NCBI RefSeq assembly: GCF_001194135.2
Contig: NC_068981.1
Span: 50,745,126 to 50,809,125, forward strand
Source: Octopus bimaculoides
Lineage: Eukaryota
Length of the DNA: 64,000 bases
Direction: 5' to 3'
Below, piece by piece: positions 13,199 through 26,545 of this stretch; positions within the stretch are counted from its first letter, which is position 1, and each line of letters opens with the position of its first letter. The notes beneath the pieces are model-generated. The model made no database searches and had not been told where the DNA came from. It worked only from the letters and a program-made list of their open reading frames with translations. Both the position numbers and the translations under genes were made by a program.

Positions 13199-15340
13199 AT
13201 GAGAAGAATGGAAGAATTAGTTAATACTGAAACAAGCGAACGAAGAAATAATGAAAGGCAGCGGAAAACGAACTTCATGAGTGTTGTGCGAAGAGTTGGA
13301 AATCATGTAAATTTAGTAAATGATCGTACTTATAATGGAGAGAATTTTCAGGTTTATAACTATGGGGACATGAACGCATTATGTCAATTTTGTAGAACCA
13401 AACTAGTTTGTTGTAGAGCGGCTATCGGAAAGATACTTTAAAAATTGCTGCAATAAAGGTAATGTCTCGCCTCCGATTAGAAGAGAATTACCTCCATACC
13501 TACGATCTCTGTTGTCAGACTCTCAACATCCACATTATGTTAACTTCAAAGAAAACATTAGGTCATACAACACTGCTCTATTATTCGCATCAATGGGTGC
13601 TCACATTGGTGTCTCACAAAGACAAGGTCCATTTTGCTTCATAGTGTACGACCGAGTTTATCACAAGAATTCGCATCCGGTTGAGGGCCAACAGAGGCAA
13701 TTTATGCAACTATATATTGTTGACAGTGTTCATACCACCGCAGTGTGGGCTCCGAATGTAGCAAATGAAATATGTATACCTGAGGTAATGCACAGATTGG
13801 ATGAGATTATCAGAGAGAACAATGTCTTTGTTGCATCTTACAGGACATTACGAGAAGTAGAACTGCATGAGGAACAGCATGCCCAACAGATGCAGAGGCC
13901 TATGTCGGTCGTAAATTTAGTCTTCAACAGGGATTGCACTGCTGATAGGCGGAATACAATTTACCAATAGGCAATGAAATAGCTATTGTCTTCAGCAACA
14001 CTGACGGCGAGGCACCATTCAAGAGTGATTTCAAGATTTACCAAAGAAACAATGACGTCCATGTAATCAGTCTGAATATTCTTAGCCCCAGCCTCGACCC
14101 AATGACGTATGTATTGCTCTTTCTATATGAAGAGCCAGGTTGGTAACCACATGATTGGTATAGAAAAAGAGCAAACCCAAGGCAAAACTTTGCAATGCTT
14201 CAATATAAATTATCTCTTACAGCAGTCAGAGATGGTGAGTTCAGCTCAGTTATCTATGAAGGTAAGCTCTTCCAGCGATCGCCAGTAGACTCGCCCCTGG
14301 AAGTCAAAGGTAACAATGTAAATTTTGTAAAAAAAACATTATCACGGATTAAAAGTAGAATAATAACGATCATTTACGAAATGCTGCTAATGCCACAAGT
14401 GCCCATGCAGGACGTACAGATATTTTGCCGTCATCATTTCAAGGTTCTCCTAGGAATACGCATGAGCGGTATCAAAACACAATGGCAACTGTGCGCATAT
14501 ATGGACCTCTTGATATCTTCCTCACAATAACCTGCAATCCTAATTGACAAGAAATTAGAGAGAATTTACTTCCAGGCCAAACTTCATCAGATAGACCGAA
14601 CTTGCTGCCCCGTGTATTCCGTATAAAGCTGCATGAACACTTGAATGGCATCACTGAGAAACATATATTTAGAAGAGTTACTGCTTACTACTACACCACT
14701 GAATTTCAAAAGAGAGGCTTACAACATACCCACCTGTTGATCATTTTGCACCCTGATGATAAATTGGATCATCCTGAAAGAATTATCAAATTGTTTGTAC
14801 CGAGATCCCAGATCCCGTCACTGATCCCTTACGACATGAAACAGTGAAAAGGTGCATGATCCCTGTTCCCTGTGGTGATCTCAACCCGACTGCTCCCTGC
14901 ATGGAAAATAACAAGTGTCTTAAAGAATTACCAAAGGACTATACACAAGATACACGGATAAACCTAAACGGTTACTCGTTGTACAAGTGACGTCGAGGGT
15001 TATTAGTTCGATTTCGCAACGATGCAATAGACAACCGATATGTTGTGCCTTACAATTTATATCTGTGCCGTAAGATCAATGTTTATATTTGTGTTGAGAT
15101 TTGCCTCTTCGTCTCCTCTGAGAAATATTTTTACAAGCATAACTATAAGGGATGTGACAACATCAATGTTAACATCAATGAAACAGCTTCAAACAATGAG
15201 ATTGTGCGCGATGAAGTACGCAAACATTTAGATGCTAGATATGTGAGTGCTCCTGGAAGTATTTGGCTCCTGTTTCAGAATAAAATGCATGACAGATCTC
15301 ATTTAGTTGTTCGTTGTCCATCGACACACATTCAACAGTT
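13199..15340 (+). mobile_element. Helitron Rep (rolling-circle initiator) region, pseudogenised; helicase not seen
   Basis: In order with frameshifts/stops: GDMNALCQFC..CC..GKI, FKENIRSYNTALLFASMGA, QFMQLYIVD, LDPMTYVLLFLYEEPGW, GKLFQ, motif 1 DIFLTITCNP (~14510), HUH motif 2 EFQKRGLQHTHLL (14701-14739), DNRYVVPYN, motif 3 region KYFYKHNYKG, LDARYVSAP. Confidence 0.92.
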
Positions 15341-15374
15341 ACTTGTTATGTTTCTTTTCATTATATGTTTTTGG

Positions 15375-15740
15375 TAATTTCTGGTGCGAAGGCTTTGGTC
15401 TTGTGCAGCAATTAAAAATCCTTCAGTCTCTGCTTTGAGTCCTGAGCTTCTCAACCATTGCTGGGATTTTTCTCTGTCTATTTCTTTTGCATTTAGTTTA
15501 GCCCTCTATTTGCCATGAAGGGGCTTTTCTTGCCATCGTTTTATCACGGTCCGTTGCTGTTTTAGTTTTAGTTCAGATTTCATTTGTTGTATAGCTTTTT
15601 TTTCTTCTTCTTCTTCTTCTTCATATTTATTAGGTAGTATGATTTCTTGTCTGTATTTGTCAGCTACCTTAAATACTGAAAACAGTTTTTTGGTTTGCTC
15701 GTTTTTCGTGGCTATTTGTATTAGTTTTAGTTTTCCTTGC
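15375..15740 (-). mobile_element. R4/Dong-like non-LTR retrotransposon fragment
   Basis: Minus translation KRWQEKPLHGK*RAKLNAKEIDREKSQQWLRSSGLKAETEGFLIAAQDQSLRTRNY. Confidence 0.88.

Positions 15741-15742
<2 letters not shown>

Positions 15743-15823
<81 letters not shown>
15743..15823. repeat. (ATT)n microsatellite, about 27 units
   Basis: Directly visible. Confidence 0.97.
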
Positions 15824-15824
<1 letters not shown>

Positions 15825-16732
15825 GTTCCATTTATATTTTATGACTTGTAAACTTTCCGGTGTTGATTTCGCGTGTGCGTTTCCCACATGTTTCACTGAG
15901 ACATCGTGCATAGGAAACACTGTGCTTTTTTTGGCAGTAAAATTACTTTTTTTGTGATCATTTTCTTTAACAGGCCGCCGCTTCCTTCAAGTCTTCCACA
16001 TGTTTCTTTATCCCATTCGACCGATGTTATGAGATTAGATTTGTTTTTGAATGGAAAGCCCGTTGTAGCACATCCATGTTGTTATTCAGCGCGGAGCTCT
16101 TCCTTCTTATTCAGCGTGAAGCTCTTCCTTCTCAGCTGAGCAAGCACCCATCTAGAATTAGTAGAATACTGTACATAATACCGTCGGTGTATTTAGTTAT
16201 ATATCTTTCTTCATATTGACTTTCATCGCCATGGTGTCATTGAGATGCGCAACAATTAAGTAGACACGTTGCTTTAATCGAATGAGATCTCTACATATTA
16301 AACAAATTTCTATCATGAGAAATCTACAGTTGGAAGGTCGATGACCGAATAGATAGAGAGCCGTAAGAAATTATCAGTAATCTCGAGAACTATTCCTTTT
16401 CATCTAAGTACAAAATCGGCTAGTCGTGATATACTCCCTTCTATCGTTCCCATAAAGATGACATTTAAATATTTGGGTCCATTAAATCGATTTACTCTTC
16501 AAAATGTTAGCTTTAATAAATATTTAAAAGAAAACATTGTGATATATAATACTTTCAAATCTTATATCATGGAGATGCGTGTACAGGGTCTATAAATCAA
16601 TTTTGTAATACTAACAAAAGCATTCATCATGTCACACATCCTACATGGCATTAAATTGCTATTTCTATATATGAGGTTCCTTGACATTGTAAAATGAAAT
16701 GATACACAGTGAAATATTCTTTTTCTACGTTA

Positions 16733-16845
16733 GGCACAAATCCTGAAATTTCGCGTGAGTGGCTAAGTCAATTACATCGGCCCCAGCAAACGACTGGTAA
16801 CTTTCTCTTCTAGCCCTACAGGGTGAAACTAAAGTCAATCCCGGC
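16733..16845 (-). mobile_element. SINE tail fragment (second family)
   Basis: Reverse complement of the tail at 6890-6950. Confidence 0.55.
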
Positions 16846-19800
16846 TATATAAGTTATTGATGCAAATTATTCTGTGGCAAATTTCCAAGTACCTGAATAT
16901 ATTTATTGAAAAAAATATAAGACATTATAGTTCATCGTAGTAACTGATGTCAGATAACGGTTTTTTCCAAAGTTGTATCTTCCAGAGTACACAACTTTGG
17001 CAAACCGGAATTTATTTGACATTCTACTTATGTTGAATTTAATTTCACGTTTTCATAGCGAAATCCATGAAGCCTTCCCTTATTTTATAAATGTGTCTTC
17101 CAATGCAAATTTACATGCTATCTAAATGCATTGGGATGGTTTCATGTTTGCAGAGGTCGCAGATGTTTGTGCCAACTGGTTAATGTTTCGGTTTTTCAAA
17201 ACTCCATAAGCAACTGTTTTGGCTGTGTGATGTTTAAACTTAACAGTATGTTGTTTAAACACAACAGCTAGTCACAATGCAATTTTCATGACATTCAGAA
17301 TACGTCACACTTTTGCATTAAAATATTCAATCGGAAAAACCACATCGAAAATATATTTTAAATTTCCTGTGTTAATCCTTAAGTGAGTCTGTTCTCTATG
17401 ATATGGAATTTAATTGTTACAAATATTTCCCATTATTTTTTAACCATTATTAAAGCATCGGCTATTTAATTTCAAACAGAGGAGAGTTATATGGGAATGT
17501 AGTGCCAGTCTAATACAGTTTCCTTTAAAATTAAAGGCATTATACCTAAATTTCTCAGTCACCTTCTCACTGTTACTGCTGTTCTCGATATACTGTTGGG
17601 CACTCCAGTTATTATATTACTTCGTGTCACATTTTTCGTCGCGCAACTTGGCACAAACATCATCGACATAGATGCATTTTTAGTTATATGATACTTTTGA
17701 TGGGTTAATGATACTTTTCTAATTTCAATTGTATTACTTATGTTAGAATTGAGCACCAACAATAAAATTCATTATTTTATTTATTAACCTCAAATAATAT
17801 ACCCAATTTTCCGTGGAAAAATAATTATTACCACCGTGACTGCGTATGGTGTCTTAGAGCTAATTCTTTTATCTTATATTCACATTACTCTAATATTTGT
17901 CGAGTGAGAAGTAATATTTTCTTTGGTAGCACGTGCTGGTATTTACGTTAGAAACGTTGCATCCTGATTTTAAATTTCGTTGGTAGTTATCAAAGAATAA
18001 GCTAAATATCATTCAGGTAGTTAAGACGAAGACCTCGCAAAGCCCGCTTACAAAACATGATTATTTCGTCCTCAAAATGAGAATTTGCAAGTCATTCTTA
18101 TGTTTTTGTGATATTCCATATAAGAAGATGCGATATTTACAAAGGTAACAATATTTTAATAACTGTATATCATTAAAACACTTAAGAAAGCTTATGAATG
18201 TTGCTATACCTTACCCGTTTTTATATCTACTTCTGTAAAATTGTAATCCCCTTTGTCCAGTCAAAGATACCTTTCTTAATATGATTAAGGTGAACATAAT
18301 ATAATGACCAACAGACTGTGGATAAAATTATCTAGTATATTTAGTTTCGTTCATATAAATTGCGTGTAATAAATCCACTAACCTTAAATTAGTTTTCATC
18401 ACTCCTCATTCGATTTAATATATACTACTCTTCGTTTCATAATGATTTAATCGATTACCTTACATGATTTCGAGTGTGCTGGTGTACGGCAACTTTATTA
18501 TGATGAATACCACTGTTAATAACAATATAAATAAGAAAAAGAAAAATTCGTCATCAGAATAAAAAGATCCTGCCTGTATTTTTAAAAAGAAAAAGAAAAT
18601 AAAACACTAAAACGAAAATAATTAATTGCGGTACTGTAAAATTCTCCAGATTTAGCAATTAGTAATTAGACAATCAGAATCTGAAATGACCTTTAGTGAA
18701 TAAGAGTCATTGATATTCCATAAAACATTCCCACGTGATCATTAGCTAGGAATTGATATTCCATAAACCTTTCCCATTTTGGATCATTAGCAACAAATTC
18801 TAATCTGCAAATATAAGGCAAACGACACAGCTCGCACAGCGAATAGTTTTCATTAATGAGATCAACTTAAAGTGATAAATATTAAATCATTCATCAGCTG
18901 GTCAGTATTTCGATTTCTACTAAAAATCAAACTAGAAAATTGGAGGTTTTGCTTTCCAAATTTATGCCGTAGTAAATACATATTAAATGAATATTTCTGC
19001 GTCACACGTTGCGTAACATACATGACGAAAATACATGATGGCATTTCAAGTAAATTATTGCAATAAGTAGATATGTGAAGCTGATTCAGCTAAAAGCAAT
19101 AACTACATGTACTTTCGAAATGATCTTGTATAGTTGGGTTTGAGGAGTTAAAGAGTCGTTTTGCGACTGTCCAAAACTGATGTTGGTGAAGAGAAAAATG
19201 TATAACTCTTGAATTTTTCAATCAGGAAGAGACACAGAGTAGTACGATTTTCCATCATGTGAATACCTTTGTTCCAAGAATTGTCACAGGTTGGACTACG
19301 CTAAATTACGGCAAAAGCTCGGTGACGATGTTCCGTCACGCGATGCTTGAATATTATTTCCCCTTAAAATGTTCATATGAGGACTTTCGATTTAAACAAG
19401 GTGTTCAGCAGTATTATAGAACCTGAGGCCATGTGATTCTCAAGTGAACTTAACTGCACAACGATGTCAGCATGTTTGACAGTTTCTCAGAGACACTGGT
19501 GTGGGAATGCATTTACATAATGTGATCATTTCTGATTTCGCTCATATTCATATGTCAATATTTTAGTCCCTCGTAATAGATTCAGTGCAACAGTGGAATT
19601 TTCAATATTTTTACCAATCGAAAATACTTAGGCGTTGATATAAACTGAAACAAAAACTAAATATGCAGATCAGCACATTTTGTTTTGTGCTAATTCTAGA
19701 TAATGTTTGAGCTACTGCATACAAATTTTTACACAACGGATACATCAGATTCCACACATAGAGCCTTCATTTCAGCTACTATGATTAATATATTGCTGGT

Positions 19801-19989
19801 GTCTTAAAAGTATTTTAATACCATGTTGTACACTAATTCATAATGCATTTACCGAATTTCATTCAAATCTGTAACTGTGATATACATGAAGTTATCACAC
19901 ACACTCACACACACTCACATGCATGTGTATGTATGTATCTATGTACGTATGTATGACCGCTCAAATTTACAAATTTTTTTCAATCTCTA

Positions 19990-20130
19990 CTTTATTTTAT
20001 TCCTCTCTGCTGAAGAGTGTAGGCTCGAAATGTAAAATATTTTTCATTTTTCATTTTTCCCGAGCGTCAAACTAATACACTTGTTTGTTTGTTCATACAA
20101 CTGACTTCGTCTTTTGTTTTTCTATAAATT
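19990..20130 (+). repeat. dispersed repeat fragment containing a degraded hammerhead-like core
   Basis: CTGAAGAG-TGTAGG-CTCGAAA-TGTA at 20010-20034; repeat status is inference. Confidence 0.4.
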
Positions 20131-20133
20131 TCA

Positions 20134-20173
<40 letters not shown>

Positions 20174-20794
20174 NNNNNNNNNNNNNNNNNNNNNNNNNNN
20201 NNNNNNNNNNNNNNNNNNNNNNNNNNNNNNNNNNNNNNNNNNNNNNNNNNNNNNNNNNNNNNNNNNNNNNNNNNNNNNNNNNNNNNNNNNNNNNNNNNNN
20301 NNNNNNNNNNNNNNNNNNNNNNNNNNNNNNNNNNNNNNNNNNNNNNNNNNNNNNNNNNNNNNNNNNNNNNNNNNNNNNNNNNNNNNNNNNNNNNNNNNNN
20401 NNNNNNNNNNNNNNNNNNNNNNNNNNNNNNNNNNNNNNNNNNNNNNNNNNNNNNNNNNNNNNNNNNNNNNNNNNNNNNNNNNNNNNNNNNNNNNNNNNNN
20501 NNNNNNNNNNNNNNNNNNNNNNNNNNNNNNNNNNNNNNNNNNNNNNNNNNNNNNNNNNNNNNNNNNNNNNNNNNNNNNNNNNNNNNNNNNNNNNNNNNNN
20601 NNNNNNNNNNNNNNNNNNNNNNNNNNNNNNNNNNNNNNNNNNNNNNNNNNNNNNNNNNNNNNNNNNNNNNNNNNNNNNNNNNNNNNNNNNNNNNNNNNNN
20701 NNNNNNNNNNNNNNNNNNNNNNNNNNNNNNNNNNNNNNNNNNNNNNNNNNNNNNNNNNNNNNNNNNNNNNNNNNNNNNNNNNNNNNNNNNNNNN

Positions 20795-20886
<92 letters not shown>

Positions 20887-23774
20887 TGTGTATTCATTAT
20901 TGATAGGTTTACTCGGTTTATTGATCAATGAGGTAAATAGAAAGACCTAAGAAAGTAAATGATACCTTCGTCAGAGCCATTGCTAGAAATATCAAGCCGA
21001 ACACTTAAAGAATGGCTATTGTCTGGGGGAAGTGGGGGAAGATTGGTATGCTTAAGTAGAAAAGGTAAAGTCAGGTTACAATGGGGTGGAAGCAATTGAG
21101 GGAGTGGTACTTAGTAGAAGTAGCAGTATTAATATAATTACTAGTAATATTATTAATAGTTGTAGTAATATTATTGTAGTTGTAGTAGTAGTAGGAGTAT
21201 TAGGGACAATCAAAAACATAGGTCAGCAACATTACCATATTGGCATTGCATATAAGTCGAATATTCTCCAGCCAATGTGCTGAAATTTGATATGGGTTTT
21301 CATGGACATGGGGTGAGTGTCTAAGAGTAATTTTAATCTAGCATAGTGGGGGAACAATTTTAGAGGATTAGAATATATTGCAGAGTAATATGCTATACCA
21401 AAACAATTAGGATGATGATTACATCATCATCAACATTAATCATAATCTTCATCAACAATAATACCAATAATATTAAAATTACAATAATATTATCTTCCAA
21501 AACAATAACAGCAGTAGCAATGCCAATAAAGATGGGGAAATAATAAAACAAATATAAAATAGTAATAGTCCTAATGCTGGCTGAATATAGAAAATTCAAG
21601 TTAAAATAAAATATAAAATCCTAAAGGAATAAAATAGGACAAATAAAATAAAATTTAAAACAATATTTTTTTTTAATCCCTCACTGTTTGTGTGTGCGTG
21701 TGTGTGTATTTGAAATCCAGGTGGAGAGTGGTGGTTTGTTCACATCTAAAAATTATATCGTTTATTTGTTTTATTCCTATTGACTGCGGCCATAATGGGG
21801 GCACCTATATATAAATTATATATATATAACGCTGTCCCTTTCAGTGGACATGTTAGTTTTCTTTCTACCAATAGCTGCCATAAGAGAAAGTGCTATTTCA
21901 ATCTACGTATTGCCACAGTCTGAAATGATCTTTGGGGAAATTTTCTGTCATACCACTAACCATTTCAAACACTTGTAATTCGATGTGTCAGGTTTCTCTC
22001 CTGTTTCACACAATTTGAATGTTCCACACGAATTCTCTCATCAAAGTTTAAGTTATGCACGCACTGCATCGTATATAACATCCACATCTTTTCCAAAAAC
22101 ACCGTCTTCCAATGTCACACAAACAATGCATAATCACATTACATCAGGCATTTGCAGCTTTCATGGTAAACGCAGTTATTGAAATTATTTCATACAGAAT
22201 CGAGACTTAATCTGGAATTCAATTCTCAATAAAATCGACTGCTTGAGTTAAAATTTTAGAAGAAATGAGTGAAAATAAAATCTAACAAAGATAGTTGAGA
22301 GGAGCACACGTTTTCTGTATGTCAATTGGCATATATGTTGACAGATGTACTTTCAGATATCGTTCTGTTTGTGCATATTTTGTACGAGTAAATCATACGC
22401 AACGATCGATCGTAATATGCAGATATTTATATTACTTACAATGAAGGAATTTTAATTTCAAATATTCATAAGTATATTCATCAGTGATACATACGTAGGC
22501 GGAAAGAACTACAGCGACACACACACTCACACGCACACACACATGCGTACACACATGCATACAAGCGCGCGCAAACACACGACACACACACATACGTGTG
22601 CGTATGTATGTATGTATATATGTATGTATATGTTTGTATGTATTAATGTACACATAAATAATGTTGCAAACACACATACACGATGTATATGTAACACATT
22701 TTCAGGAAATGTTTACATACACATATACACATAAGTATGTATATATGTGTGTGTTTCTGTATGTGTGTGTCCGTGTGTGTGAGCGTGTTTATGTGTTTTA
22801 CACATATATATTTATCTGTAAAGGTGTATAGGTGTATAGGTATATATATGTGTCTGTGAGTATATGCATATGTCGTTTTTGTTTGTTTTTTTCTCTTCTG
22901 TATATCAAACAAAGTAGAAAAATTGAATAGGGACAGTTTCGCTTTTAGTTACGAGCAATTTAAATTCCAATTATGAGTGCTATTATTTTATAGCCTGACA
23001 TCTTTATGAAGTGAGAAGTTATTGTCATTGTGAAAAGAGAAATATCATAATATACACTGATAAAAAAAATAAAAGACAAATGGAATGACAATATTATAGA
23101 CACAAGCTGACAAGAAACAAACAGATGCACACAAGCACGCATATACATATAGAACAAGAACACTGTTAAACAATTACATAGTTTTTGGAAGAGGATTTAT
23201 TGCTTCTGTTTTTACTAACACAATGTTGACTATAAATCAACATTTCACAGCATACTTCTCTTCGCATCATGTAGCTTGTTTTAAATCAGTCTCACATTGC
23301 ATCCTTCAATATAACAACTTTTGTTTCAAAATATCCTTTTATCTATCTACTTAACTGCAGCCACCCCTTTCACTTTATCTCTATAAATACATGCCACTAT
23401 CAATCTCTCTGTGTATGCTTTCCATCGCAACAGACTTACTTCGCAAGCAAGTGGTGTTACCTTGGATAATTATCTTCAGTCGGCCAAATCCTTTTGAGTT
23501 CATTTGATAGGAGAACGAAAGAAACCCGTCTTGTATGTATATATATATATATATACACATATGAACGTGTCTTATGTATATGTTTTTCCTCTACCACCGA
23601 TTATAAACAGGTATTCCTTTAGTTACGTCCTCGATGTGTGCCACTAATCCCTTTAAGGTAATGCCCTAGCAATGCCGAATTACATTGAACCAATGAACGA
23701 TAAAATATAGTATATATATATAATTATACACACGAACACACGCATATATATTATCATTTATTTGTTTTTAACTT

Positions 23775-23970
23775 TTATTGGATGCACTGCCTTGAAGAAT
23801 TTTTAATCGAATGAATCAATCCCAAACATATATTTTATACCTGGTACTTATTCTACCTGTTCTTTTCTCGAACCGCTAGATGCAGTAGCGTAAACACAAG
23901 GTGCCGCGCGGTGGAACGGAACTCGGAACCATGTTGTTGCAAAGCAAACATGTTACTACACAGCTGTGTG
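23775..23970 (-). mobile_element. internally deleted SINE (internal-microsatellite family)
   Basis: Tail (CCTGGTACTTATTCT...GAACCGCTA) joined directly to head (AAGGTGCCGCGCGGTGGAACGGAACTCGGAACCATG) on plus. Confidence 0.65.
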
Positions 23971-24529
23971 TTGGCATGTATGTATTTATGTATATATGTA
24001 TATATATATATATATTCATATATTGCACTCTGGAAAAAATAAAGTACATTAACGCTTTGAATTTTAAAATCAAAATAACAAATATTGCACGTTAAATGCA
24101 CAGCCTTAGTAAAATAATTGTTTAATTTAATTGCAAATTGTAGTAGGATGATAGAAGCCAACCTGATAGTGAATTTGAGATGTTTTGAAATAATTTTAAT
24201 GACAATTTGTATTTAGATAACAGAATCTTTGGGTATATGTACGTTAGCAACTACAATCATTAGATTTATGTAGCATTTGTAAGTTTTTATTTTCCGTGTG
24301 TGGGAATTATATTTATTGTTTCTTGGTCTTTAACCGATAGTTTCGGCTAATCATTTGTGCATCGGACAAAATGCCATCTTCGGGCTCTTTATGCCAACAC
24401 GTTTATTACTTTTACACATTTTCTGTCGATAATAATATTAAACACCAGAGCAGTGCTGGTGTTTATGCAATCGACAATCTCCATCACTCTAAATTGCTGA
24501 CCCTGTGACTTTTCTTTTTCAACCACACT

Positions 24530-24820
24530 CTCCCTGTTATACTGCCAGGATTAAATTGCTAGATCCCAGCATGCATCCCGCAACCATAGCTGTCGAAAGC
24601 TTCTCTAACGATCCTTGCAGTAAGAAGCATACAGACGTCCTCTACAATCAGGAAATTCATTTTCATCCCATCGTACAAGCTTATTCCAACTTTTCTTAAA
24701 GCTCCTATCATAAATGGAATAGTGATCACCTTAAGGCAATGGTATATTAGTCGAAGATTGTATGACATTTTTGTCTTTTAATGTTCCTTCTCTGCCCATT
24801 CTTGTAACAAATTGGAAGAA
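24530..24820 (-). mobile_element. R4/Dong-like non-LTR retrotransposon 3' end (RLE domain tail)
   Basis: Minus translation LKVITIPFMIGALRKVG...VCMLLTARIVREAFDS matches the IP(V/I)(V/I)IGALG...CLLGTARI(I/L)R terminus of these ORFs. Confidence 0.8.
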
Positions 24821-25999
24821 GTTACAAAGTAACAAACACTTTTATCTTTATTGATACGACATGGTAAAAGTTCTTTCGTTTATTCGTTGGAAATTCTATA
24901 TCTGAAAAAAACTTCATTCACCCATTTTCGTGAATGTGATCTGTTTTAGAGTCACATTTTAGTCTATAGTTTTCACAGATTGATCATTACTGCAAAATGT
25001 TCACGTTTTTATTTTTTCTATATAGTTTTGAACAATCATTTTATATTCAGAGTCTGGTGTGCCACACACAACATACACCCGAATTATTCTTATTATCTAT
25101 ATGCTTTTCAAAGTATATATTGTAAATGATTTGATCCTGTACAGCTGGAATTATATATTTCATTATTTTGAGTTACATGTCTTTTACCGTTGAAATGATT
25201 TCGGACATTCAAACCTTTCAGGATTTCAAAACCTTTTCCTGTAATTCTTTCTGTTCGTATCGTTGCTTTCTATTTCTCCAGACTTAATTTTTGTGTTCCT
25301 TCAGCAAATATATCATCTTACTGTTACCAACACTCCTAATCATTGTCAGCCACGGACATCCTTAACAGCTCTATTTGCATTTCCATACGGTATTCTACAT
25401 TTAGGTTAACTTCTGAAACACAATCTGTCTGCTGCTATAAGGTCGATTAGATTATCAGCAGTTTCAAGCTTTTCTGCACATTGTAATTTATACATGACAT
25501 GCCTAGCTGCATTGATGTAGTTCACCCAGTCAGCTTAGAATTTTCTAACCCCGACACCTTCCCATGAGGTAGTTAGAGATATTAATTTACCATAGGCTCT
25601 GGCGTGAATACCATGTTGATCTATTGTTTTATCTATTTGTTATCTAAATATTCTACCCAGTCCTCCTGATAGTTGTGGATATCTTTCTTGCTCTATATAT
25701 CAATCCAAAATATTCTGCAATTCACTGTGTCTGTTCTTTTATCGTAATGTCATTTTGCTCCTAACTTTTCAAACAATCAGCTGCAGTTATTTTGAAATAA
25801 CTTGTTTTGCTGAAAGTGACTTATTCTATTCGCATATCATTTTGTCGTGCTCCTCTGCTGTTATTCTTTGCTCCAGTACTATTATAACATTTGTTCCTGT
25901 TTTTTTTTTTCCTTTAATATATTCTCTTTTCTTTTTTGTGATTTAATGACTCATTCACTTTCTACTTGGTGTTTATTCGGCTTCACATAGAAATTTCTT

Positions 26000-26132
26000 C
26001 TTCTTTTTCGTCCTTTTCTTCTTCTTCTTCTTCTTCTTCTTCTTCTTCTTCTTCTTCTTCTTCTTCTTCTTCTTCTTCTTCTTCTTCTTCGTCTTCTTCT
26101 TCTTCTTCTTCTTCTTCTTCTTCTTCTTCTAC
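26000..26132. repeat. (CTT)n microsatellite
   Basis: Directly visible. Confidence 0.97.
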
Positions 26133-26334
26133 TTAGTGAGAGTTTTTTCTCGTTCTTTACGTTCTAAATTCAAATCGCGCCGGTGCCGACATGGTCTTAC
26201 ATCTTTTCCTGTATCGAAAAATGTAGTACCAGCTGGGAAGAAGTATCAGAGTAATCGGCTTACATGTCCTCTAAAAAAACTATTGGATTTCTTCAAAAAT
26301 TTGAAGTCATTACTATCGGATATCTACCTGCGGT

Positions 26335-26545
26335 TGCAAATCGGCAGAATCGTTTTCCCGCTGTTGAAAATGCTTAGCAGTATTTCATCCGTCTCTACGT
26401 TCTGAGGTCAAAATTCGCAGAAGTCGACATTGCATTTCATTCTTTCAGGGTGAATGAAATATGTATTAGTGTCAAACATCGAAGTAACCGAGTAGGCCCT
26501 TCTCCCAAGATTTCTGGCATTGTGCCAATAATAGAATGAATTATC
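26335..26545 (+). mobile_element. SINE (second family); a further fragment lies at ~26155-26260
   Basis: TCGGCAGAATCGTT...CTACGTTCTGAGGTCAAAATTCGCAGAAGTCGACATTGCATTTCATTCTTTC matches the reverse complement of 57975-58115. Confidence 0.65.

Noticed and set aside
19140-19360. Possible mariner N-terminal remnant (KLGDDVPSRD)
   Set aside because: Single short motif, no TIR or catalytic residues found
25140-25760. Possible further LINE coding relic on minus
   Set aside because: Purine-rich and near the 24530-24820 fragment, but I could not read a diagnostic motif
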